From a virus (taxonomy: Duplodnaviria; Caudoviricetes), in the IMG/VR virus record IMGVR_UViG_3300034064_000874, positions 1 through 57,725 of that record: a DNA stretch of 57,725 nucleotides. The stretch is one strand, 5' to 3'. The notes under the pieces were generated by a model that was given only the letters and a program-made list of their open reading frames with translations, was not told the DNA's origin and did not search any database. Position numbers and translations under genes: made by a program. Positions 7,896 through 18,100 of this stretch are shown here, one piece after another. Each line of letters begins with the position of its first letter. Positions within the stretch are counted from its first letter, which is position 1.

Positions 7896-8899
7896 ACCTA
7901 GACCCTCGGGGGACCGAGGCACGACGGGTGCGGCACGAATTCCTGATGGAAGTCGCGCCGCTTGAAGATAAACCCGCAGACCAATGGCTCTGGGAAGAGT
8001 TGGCAGAAGCCTATATCCCTGAGCTGAAGAAAGGAATCCGGCCCAGCACGTTCAATCGTTACAAGGCGGGCATGCGCGTCATGGCGGCGCGATTTTCAGG
8101 TACGCCAGCACTGACCACGGGGCCACAGGTAAAAGCCTGGATTCGTGACCAGGTGAATGCCGGGTATGCCGCCTCAACGATCAACATCAAGATCGCCATT
8201 ATGCAGGGCATGTATTCCTGGGCGATTAAAGAGTTGGACTGGGATATTCAGAATCCGTGGGCAAGCCGAAGTTTGTCGACGGACAATGAGCGCAATCGAT
8301 ACCTTTCGCAGGATGAAGTCGATCGGCTCATGGAATCCGCAAAGGAATGCGCCACGGCCTACTATCTGGTCGACTATCTGACGCTGGCATTGAATACCGG
8401 ATTCCGGCCGCAGGAGTTACTGAAAATGACCTGGGATAGGGTCAACCTGGAAGAGGGTACTTTTGTCTTTGAGAAACCCAAGGCAAAGAATGTGGCCGCC
8501 GATCAGAAGAATGGACGCTATTCCGTAATTCCGATCAACGCCAATGCCCGTCGCGCACTGATATCCCGAATGGAAACTCAGAAGCAGAACGCGGCTGCCA
8601 GTCGCTGGGTATTCAGTAATCGGGCAGGACACCGATTAAAGGATGTGGGATTTGCCTTCAGAGAGGCCGTAAAAAGAGCGGGACTGGAGGACGTTCAGCA
8701 GAGGGATCTGCGAAGGACGTTTGCTTCTCGGCTGGTGCAGGCAGAGGTGCCCCTGCAGGCAGTGTCAGAATTGCTCCGACACGCCGACATCAGGATCACC
8801 GATCGCGTGTATGCACACCTGTCGACGGAGCATTTGAAAGCCGCTGCGGCAGTGCTGGACACACCGCCGAAGCTGAAGGTGGTTTCACGTTCTAAGTGA
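7790..8899 (+). CDS. int: Tyrosine integrase
   Basis: LALNTGFRPQEL, RDLRRTFAS and LLRHADIRITDRVY motifs; N-terminal arm-binding-like region. Confidence 0.93.
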   Translation: MSDHGIYKRPDSRYWWAAYADASGKATRRSTGVRIDLDPRGTEARRVRHEFLMEVAPLEDKPADQWLWEELAEAYIPELKKGIRPSTFNRYKAGMRVMAARFSGTPALTTGPQVKAWIRDQVNAGYAASTINIKIAIMQGMYSWAIKELDWDIQNPWASRSLSTDNERNRYLSQDEVDRLMESAKECATAYYLVDYLTLALNTGFRPQELLKMTWDRVNLEEGTFVFEKPKAKNVAADQKNGRYSVIPINANARRALISRMETQKQNAAASRWVFSNRAGHRLKDVGFAFREAVKRAGLEDVQQRDLRRTFASRLVQAEVPLQAVSELLRHADIRITDRVYAHLSTEHLKAAAAVLDTPPKLKVVSRSK

Positions 8900-9120
8900 C
8901 AACGTGAAAACGTGAAGCCAATCGTGATAAAAATGCTGGCTGCAGACCGCTCCAGCTATGGGATCACGTTCAAATGATGTATTTGAACGGGTTGTTTTTT
9001 AATTCAATACTTTAGGTGCCTTGCCCGGCATCTACTGGTGCTCTGGAAGCCGCGGAAATCAAGGGGTGGGTTTTTACCACTTCACGTTCGACTTCACGTT
9101 TTTCACGTTTATTTCACGTT
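8884..9120. repeat. attP-like region with TTCACGTT arm-type repeats
   Basis: TTCACGTT at 8884, 9081, 9093, 9102 and 9113; inverted copies at 8901 and 8909; central inverted repeat CGTTCAAAT-N5-ATTTGAACG (8967-8989); two IHF-like sites (ATTCAATACTTTA, AATCAAGGGGTGG). Confidence 0.75.
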
Positions 9121-9167
9121 TTTGGCGGCCTCTTTTTGCGTCCCGATATTCTAACCGGTATCAGGGC

Positions 9168-12100
9168 TTATCGGTTTACCTCCTTCACCCGATCATTCAG
9201 CACCTTCATCTGCGTCGCGATCTGACCATCCAGCGCCTTGATGGTCGCCTTGGGGGCATTCTGCGCGATGAGCTTGCGCTTCTTGGATCTCAGCTCAGAC
9301 ACGGCCCGCTCCATCTGATTACCGGCGGGCACCAGCGCGGCCAGCGGGTTTGAGCGCAGGAATCCAGCCACATCCTTGCCGTCCTTCGCCCGGCCTTTGA
9401 TCTCGCTCTCAAGCTCGTTGAGCCGGGTGAGATTGGCGTAGAAGCGATTCGATTCAGCCGACTGGCTTTTGACGTCACCGACGAACCGCCCTACCCCGAG
9501 CGGATACTTGTAGGGAGGGAGTTCCTCGCCGGTCATCCAGGCGGAAGCGGCCTGCTCGATCTTCATAACTTCCCTGCCCACGCCGCCCGTGGCCTGGCTG
9601 AACACGTAATCCAGCTGATCCGGCGTTGGGGAAAGCGCGCCCTGGGTATAGTCCGTGCCGCCCGTGATCCGGTTCAGTCCCCAGGCCAGTTGTTTCGACA
9701 GCCAGGACGCGGTGTCCTTGGTGCGAGTGAACCCTGGCGTGGGAGATGTTGAAGAGCGGTCCTTCTTGGCGATTTCCTTGCCGAATGAATCCCGGTTTTC
9801 TGACAATGCCACCAACGGATCCGCGAAAGTTGGAGCAATTGTCTGCACCGACCAGCCGGCCGATCCGATCGGGTTGAACGCATCGAAGAAGGATCCCAGC
9901 AAGCCGGCAATCTTCTTCCCGGCCCCATCCGGATTGATGGCGATCTCGGTCAGCACCCGCCCGGTATTGGGCAGCACATGAAAGCCCAGCGGCATGGGGA
10001 TGCTGACGTACTTGCCGTTCGGCATGGGGATGATGAAGTTGCGCTCGCGGAGGAATTCCGGTGGCTCGTCATCGTCATAGCCCGCCGCGGCCATGATGGC
10101 AGCCTGCACAACGCCCATGATCAGGCCGCCGGCGACAATCTTCTTCCCGGCCGGGCCTTTCACTGTTTCTGCGAGTCTGGCCGTGCCCTGAACCGCGGCA
10201 TTGAAGAACGCATACAGCGCTCCCGCCTGGCTGGCGATCTGGCCCTTGCGGTTGAAGTTGACGGTGAGCTCCTTGGCCATGACAGCCGCCTGCTCCTTGC
10301 TCATGCCGCTCTCGGTGCCGACCTTATAGGCCGACAGCCGCACGGCATTTTCCAGCGTCTCGTTGTAGTCGGATAGCCAGTCGAACAGGCCTCGGGTGAG
10401 TCGCTTGACCTTGCCGTCCTGGATGGCCTTGAGCTCCTTCTCCAGCGCCTTCATCCGATCATCCGCGGTGGCATACATATCCCGGTAACCGGTCTTGCCG
10501 CCGATGGACTGGAATTCTTCCCAGAGCTGCGACCATGCCGAGCCTTTCCTCGGCTTGCCCTTGCGGTCGGCCCGGAGATCGCCATAGATGCCCGCCATAG
10601 CCGGTGCGATCTTGGCTGCCACTTCCGTCTGCTTGCCGGCAATCGGTGTCGTGGAGAGGTTCAGCATCGCGCCTTGAGTATCGCGCAGCAGGTTGACGAC
10701 GCCGAAGATCGGGTTGTACTGGGTGTTGATGGAGCTGACGTAGCGCGTGATGTAACGGAACGCATTCAGCAGCCCGTGCATCTCTGGCGCATCCAGGTTC
10801 TTCAGCGACTGCGCCATCCGCACCGCCCGCTCGTTCTCGGTGGAGAAGAACAGGAATCGATCCTTGCCCTTGATCCGCACCGCCAACACGTTGTCGCGGT
10901 TTCTCAGTGCCGGATTGATCTTGTACTCGACCAGGCCGGTACGTGGATTGACGGAGGCCACAGTCGGCTCCTGGATGATTCCAGCCAGGTCTGACTCGAG
11001 CATGCCGTTATTGACCAGCTCCTGAGCGACCGAAGCCGGCTTCTTCACGGCATCCGGATTGACCGGATACCAGAACTCCGGATTCGGGTTCTGAATCGCC
11101 AGCCCATAGAGCGCCAGGCCGACCTTGTTTTTCTCGGCGCGTGTAATCGCTCGTTCACGCTGCATCATGACGTTGGCCAGGATATCGACCACGGCCTTGC
11201 CGGATCCAGTCCTGCGCTTGGAGGCGGGGCCCTTGGTGGAGAAGCCCTGCCCTGTGCCCATGCCGCGATTTAAGACATCTTCGCTCTCGCGCTGCAGCGG
11301 GACATAGTCAGCATAGGTCGCCTCCCAGGCGTCGATCGTGTCCTGGGTTTCCAGGCCGGAGTCCACCAGCAAGCGGCGAGTGCCGGCCGTGATGGCATCG
11401 ATCTGCGCAGCCATGGCCTCGAGGTCGGTGCGCTTCCCGGCGGGCAGATTGTTCAGGTAATCCTGAGCATCCTGGGTCAGTATCCCCGAGCCGCCGTCAG
11501 GGTAGGCTTCGTTGATGCGGGCGATCTGCTCATTGGCTTCCTTCGCATGGCGGTTGTGCAGGAATGTTTCCAGTTCGCCGATGGTGATGCCCCGGGTGGA
11601 CATGGCCCGCAGCAGCGGCTTGATCTCGTTCACCTTGAAATCATCCACGTCCTTCGCGGCCCGGCCGTGATAGAGGGTTTCCTTCAGGTAGGGATCCCAG
11701 GCATCAGACACCCGGCTGCCGAGCTTCTCGACGATCCGCTTGGTGTCGATGTGCTTGTCCTGCAGCAGGTAGACGTAGTTGTCCAGCTTGCTGTCGTCAG
11801 GCGTGGTCCAGGTGGCCAGCGCGGGCTGGTTGAGGACGTTGCGGCGGTTACTGAACAGCGGCATACCGTCCAGTGCTTTGTCCTGGAGAGCGGGCGTGAT
11901 ATCGAAGCCGGGTTGTGAGCTGTAGCGGCCTGATTCGGCTGCAGCGACTTGCTCGTCTGCCCAGGCTTGGGCTTGCTCGCGGGTGTCGAAGGTCTCGGCG
12001 CGTCTCGCCTCACCGGCGCCAACGCCGACCCGGAACCGGCCGCCGCTGGTCTCGTTGATCCGCACTACTAGGTCTTCCGGAGTGTCCGATAGGTCTTGCG

Positions 12101-15100
12101 CTGTGCTAATCGAGACCATCGACAGCCTCTGCCCGCCCAGCTTCTTCAGCACTTCATTGGCGGTCTGTGGAACGATCTGATCGTAGAATTTGCGCATGCC
12201 TTCGCCTCCGACTTTGAGGCCTTCGCCAGTAAAGCCGCCGGAATAAACGCCTCTGTCAATGCTTGACCGTATTTTGTCGCCAAGCTCCTTGCCTATGTAG
12301 TCGTCAACCTTGGTTGATGGCATGGTTTCATTGATGAGATAGTTGTTGTCAAACCCTTTGGCTTGCAGCAACACGTTATCCTTCTCTGTGTTTTCCCACG
12401 TTATGCCAGCAACCTGCTTGCTCAGGTCATACAAATCCGCATTCTGCTGCCCATTGGCAAAGGCGATCTTGTCGAAGCCGTTTTCACTTGCAAAGCGGAT
12501 GGCGCGCTTCAGTCCAAGCGACAGCCAGGACTTGGTGTCGGTGACGAAGGGGGCCTGTGGAATCGTGCCGTCAGTGCCGCCCAGGCCAGACTGATACAGC
12601 TCGATCAGTTGCTCATCTGACTGTCCGTAAGCCAAGTTGACTGAATAGCCACCTACCTGCTCGCCTGCCTCATTGCGTATGAAGACGGCGTCAGGGTCGG
12701 ATCGATCCACCGTAAATTGGCCGGATTTCTTGGTTGCGAATCCTCTTTTCTTCCCTTCCTGGCCCCAGTCCGATTGCAGCTCCTGGATAAACATCACCTT
12801 ATTGCCATCGGCATCGGTGCGCTCGTCGAAACGGAGGTGGGCTAGGACGTTCGGCTCGTTCCAGTGGGAGGATCGGTAGTTCTCTGCTTTCTTTTGCTCT
12901 CTTTCTGCCCGCGTGACTGCATTAGCGTCGTCGTCTTCCAGGTCAGAGAACCGACGGCCAAACATATCCTGCGCGATGTCGTTCAAATTACGAGGCTCTC
13001 GCTCTGGCAGCGTGATCAGCAGCTCCTGATAATTGGTGCCTCCAGGGATCGTGTAGCTGGCAAACTTTGGTGCAGCAGCGCCAACCTCTCCGCGCTCAGC
13101 CATCTCGTTTGCCAGTTCAGCAATACGGAAACGAGCTTGCGCTTGATCAGGCATACCATTCCGCTGGAAGCGCTGAGCGTCCTGCTCTGTTTCTCTTGCG
13201 ATCTCAAGCAGGCCATCAGTGGTGCTGGTGTCGCCGCCGTAATAGTCGACGTAGTCCTGCAGCTCTTTGGGTGGGGCCATCTTGCCGCCCTTCATCACCT
13301 CTTCCACGCGCACCCCGTTATCCGCCAGGTAGCTGGCAATATCGGCCTTGGTGAGCTTCTCTTTGGCATTGAGCGTCAGGTAATCCTCGATGCCGGTCCA
13401 AGCGATCTCGTCGTCCTTGATGCCCAGCTTGGCCTTATTACTGAACAGCCAGGCGCGCCACTGCGACCCGGGCATGGAGTTCATCTTGGATGACTCGAAG
13501 CCGCGAGCGAGCTGCGAGTAGAAGGTGGGATTTGGATTGCGCCGGTTGGAATAGAGGATTCCGTCCAGCGCGGGAGGGAGCTCGTTTAGTCCGACAGGAC
13601 CGCTGTCCCCTGCAGATTCAGCCAGTATTCCATCTCGGCCGCTTCCCCGCCTCTCGCCCGGCACTCGGCTGCCCGTCTCCCGTAGAAGGGATGCGAGGAG
13701 CGCCGCTCTTTTAAGCGTAGTGCGGCCCGGAGTCGACGGTCTTTCTCCTCCTGTGGGATTGGAGGTAGATTGTCCAAGTCTAGCCTTGGCCCCGGCCGAT
13801 AGATTTCTGAAGTCGTCATCTGTGAATACCTTCCCCGAGGAGATTTGTTCGAACTGCCTCGTCTTGAAATTGAATTGGATGTCATCTAGCCCTTCAACTC
13901 CAGCATACCCGGCCTCTCGATTTCCTTCAACGGCATTTCGATAGGATTTCTCGATCAATCGGTCCAGATTTCCGGCATCATCGCCCTCGATCCACTCGAT
14001 GTTTTGCAGTTCGTGCGGCTCCAGATGGCGCGTGGTTCCATACTTCAGTGCCGATGACAGCATCTGCTCGGTGCGACGAATCATGGCCTTCTTCGACAGC
14101 CCGTCAGGATCGCCTTTGAACACCAGCCCATTATTGTGAGCATAGGCGCCGATGATGCTATACAGCTCTGAGCCACGGCTCTTGCCAGACTCCAAGTTGG
14201 ATGCATCCACATAGAGCTTGTCGTCCGAGTCGGTTTTCACGAAAGCCGGGGATCCGTCTTCCATGATGATGGTCCAGTTGCGGCCATCGCGAGACGCCTT
14301 CACCTCGATATCCGGGTTAATGTCGTTGGCGATGTCCTGCATTGTCTTCGCATCTGACTTAGGCGACATGAACAACTGGTCAAACTTGGCCAGTTCGGTC
14401 AGCGTTTGCCTGGCACGGAGCTTGGTCGCCGTCGGGATGCGCCGGTTGCTGGCCGGGATGTCCACAGCAGCGCCTTTCTTCGCCCGGCTGGCCATCTCAT
14501 CCGGCCAGAACTTCTCGCTGGTGCCGGTGAATGAAGCCGCGTAGCGGTCGTAGAGGGATGGATTGATCGACTTGACGTACTCACCCCAGGCTTGCGGGGT
14601 TTTGCGCGACCAGTCCTTGCCCATGAGGCGAGCCAGGCGCTTGTTGGCGTTGGGCTCGGCGCGCTCACCGGGCTCAACCTGGGGACGGCCCTGGCCTTCA
14701 AATCGAACCGGGACTTTGTGATCGCCGATCAAAACCGCGGCACGTTGATTGCCGAAGTCAGCGACATAGCCATCGAAGCCGGCATCGATGACGGCGGATT
14801 CCATGTTGTTGTCGCGCTCTTCGGAATTGGCGCCCGTGATGTTCTCCGCAATGCTCAGCGGATCTGCATCAATATCGTAGAGATTCTTGAGCAGGACGGT
14901 GTGGGCATTGCCGCCGACACCCTGCTCAGGGGACACGCCTTGACCGGCGTTGATGTAGAAGTAGATTCGATTGGCGAGGCGCTGGTCAGCCGCGTTCTTG
15001 ACGCGCTCAGCCTCGGCACCGGTCGCCCCAGTGCCGTACTTGGATCCGTCTAGCTCTTTGCGTTCTGCGCTGGAGTAGTGGACGCCGACTGCGCGGACGC

Positions 15101-18100
15101 CGCCTCTTTTTGTTTGGCCATACCCCGGTCGGTCGCCCGCCGCAGAGCTGCTTCCAGCCCGTTCATTGCCGGGATCATTGGGTCGTCGGTTGCTGGCTGG
15201 GATGTCTGGTCCGACGGCTTCATCGAAGAGGCGGTCAGATTCGGCCTGTATGGCGTCAAAATCCCGCTTCCACCGAGGAATGTCTCGCCCGGCCTGGGAT
15301 CCCGCCGAGTCACTTTTGCCATATCGTGTGCCCTCTAAATAGCCTTCCAGCGTGTCAGGCTCGATCCAATCGGATCGGAACGTCGTGCTGGTGGTTTCAT
15401 ATTCAACATCAGATTCAATGCCACTGATAGCCGAATCTATGCCATCGTGAAAAGTCTGCTCGGCAACCTTCCCTTCAGAGAAGTTACCAAATACCAGAGA
15501 GCCGTCGCGGGTGGATACACCCTGCGCATCCGGATAACGCTGATTGATGACCCGGAAAAGATCAGCTTCTTCGGTGACCGAGAGCTTTTTACTCGGTATC
15601 ACCTTCACAAACTGGTTCTGGACGCCAGTCTGCTTGTCGTTCTCGTTGTAAGCGATCATAGCCTTCTGCTTCCACAGAAGACCCACGATTTTGGCAGCCT
15701 CTAGCTGCTGATCATAACTGACTGACTCGCCAAAGTGGATAGTGATGGACGGATTAACCAGTCCCTCAAATCCACCCATCGTGTACTCAAGGCGAAAGTC
15801 CGTGATGCCCAGCTTGTTGAGCACCTTTGGCAGCACGACATCACCGACCTTTCTGGTGACGCGCAGCTTGTCCTTGTAGGGGAGTCCGTCAAATTTAGCC
15901 GCCGCCCCCTGCGCACCCGCCTTTATGTAGTCCGGATTCGGCGCTAGTTCTGCGTTGACTCCGGAGTCTCGTCGGTTGCTGGCTGGGATGTCTGCTTGTC
16001 CAGCCCCGTTATCCTGTCGAACTCTTCCGCCGACACTATCATCTCCGGCGTCCAGCTTTCGTTGTCCGCCTCGAAATCCCGTTGCGGGTCCGATGGTTCC
16101 ACGGAAATCCCCTTTAGAAGCTCGGAGATTTCTTGCTGCGTTCGCGTAATCTGGGGCTTCATCTGGCTCATAATCTTCACCTTTATCTTCTTTGACCTTG
16201 GCGGCCTCGTACAGTCTCTTCTTTTCTGGATACCAGATCAATGCCTGGAAATCCGCCATAGTCAGCCGGTCGTGTACTTCCTGCAGGCGAGTCAGGGCAT
16301 CATTAAAGACGGCTCGGATGAACTTGCGCTGATTGACCCCTTTGGGCGCATCATTTAGGCCTTGCAGCTGGCGAACCAGGTTATTGCCTGCCTTGCGTAT
16401 TTCAGCACCCATATTGGTTCTGGCTTGCCCGCTGCGTGGCTCACCATAAATCTCAATGAACTGCTTAGGGTCGCGCTCACCAATTGGGTTCATGGCGTCG
16501 CGGTTTTCCGGTTTTTGACTGGCTCCGACAATCAGAGCGGCAGTACCGTCCAGGTCGCCTAACAGTAGCTTTCCGCCAATGATCTCTTGTAGGGAGCGAC
16601 GCTCTTGCGCGTCCAGCATACGAATGAGGGAATCCAGTGATTGGCGCTTTGCCTTAATAGCTGCTGGGTCGATGGTTACCAGGTCGCCAGTCCAGCGGTT
16701 CCATGTCCGCATGAACCAGCGATCCATGGTCAACTGCTCGTAGTGCCCGTAGAGGTTGGAGAAGAACCCGTTACCGATTTTTGGCCCCAAGATAATGGAA
16801 CCGTACACCATCTCGTCTTTTCCTTCGCCAGAAATGGTCTTGCCCGTTAACTGCTCGATCTCTCTGACTGGGCGCAGTGTGGTCATGAAGGACTGCAGCC
16901 TGTCATAACCCCACTTGTCCATGTACTCGTTGTAGGTCGCCAAGCCTTCATCGATCTTGGCTTTGGCCGGGCCTTCGCCGATATTCTCCGGCATGCGTCC
17001 GTGGACTCGCAGGTGCGCATACACCTTGTCGGCCAACTCAAAGTTACGGTCAACCTTCATGCCGTTGGAGGTGACAGCCAGCGCCCAGATAAACCCGAAT
17101 CTGGCCTGCGGATCATCGCGCAACTCAAGGTAGATCTCGCCCATGATATCCATGGCGACCGTGAGCTTTCCGTCGTACCAGCCGATGGCGCTGGAGTTCG
17201 TCTTGAGGGCTTCCTGAGCCTCTCGTATGGCAATGCCGACCAAGTAATCGTAGGTGGACTGATCCTTGGCCTTGAGGTCGACACCGGCGGCCTTCGCTAC
17301 CCTATTGATGCGGCGATCTAGCTCAACCCTCAAATCCCTGCCGGTTTTCCACTGGCGCGACTTGGCCAGATCCACTGCGGCATTGATGAAGTTGATTTCT
17401 TCCAGGGTGGCCGGGATGACCCGCTTATTGGTCGGCTCGCTGTCAAACCCCTTGGCGGCCAGGGTGTTTTTCTCAGCGCGGCGGTCTGCCTTTTCACGCT
17501 CCTTTTCGGCCTTTTGCCGCTCACGTTCTTGAGCTTTCTCTGCTTTCTCTTCTTCCGTCAGGCGTTTCTTGCTCTCCAGAATCTCCGGCCCGTCGAACTC
17601 AGGTTCAGTGCCGGTCTGCTGGGCGTTAGCGTACTGAGCGAGAGCCTCTGTGACGGCGTTACGGGCGCGCTGTAGATCCTTCTTGGCAATGGCGGCTTCG
17701 GCGTTGAATCCGGCGCCCTGGAGCTTCTGAATCAGCCCACTCATGAACCCATCCACGGCCCGCAGGAACTTGCCGCCGGAACCCGGGCGCTGCTTGTTCA
17801 TGGCCACGGCAACACGGAACAGGGCGGTGGGCTTGTGGATCACGTCCGACACAAAGTCGGAAACCCACTCTTCCTCATTGCGGCTGGGATCGGTGAGACC
17901 TGGATAGGCGCTGATCGTGTCGCCTTTCTTCGGAAGCTCCTGCTCGTAGTTGCGTTCACCCAGGTGCATGGACACGCCGATCGGGCTGTACACCTCGCGC
18001 AGCGCCGTCACCATGTCGGCATAGATCTTGGGTGCCCGACGACGCAGGCCATGGGTCAGCTCATGAGCGACGACCCGAGAGAAGGTATCTTGAGAATTCT

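Noticed and set aside
9081-9120. CRISPR-like repeat array
   Set aside because: Repeats are 8 bp with 1-4 bp spacers; they fit integrase arm sites
14399-14701. Other alternative-frame ORFs inside the giant gene (14399-14701, 15701-15916, 13016-13216, 11684-12022, 17057-17284)
   Set aside because: S/P/R/T/W-rich composition typical of frameshifted normal codons, no convincing SD, and they overlie folded domains; not counted as nested genes
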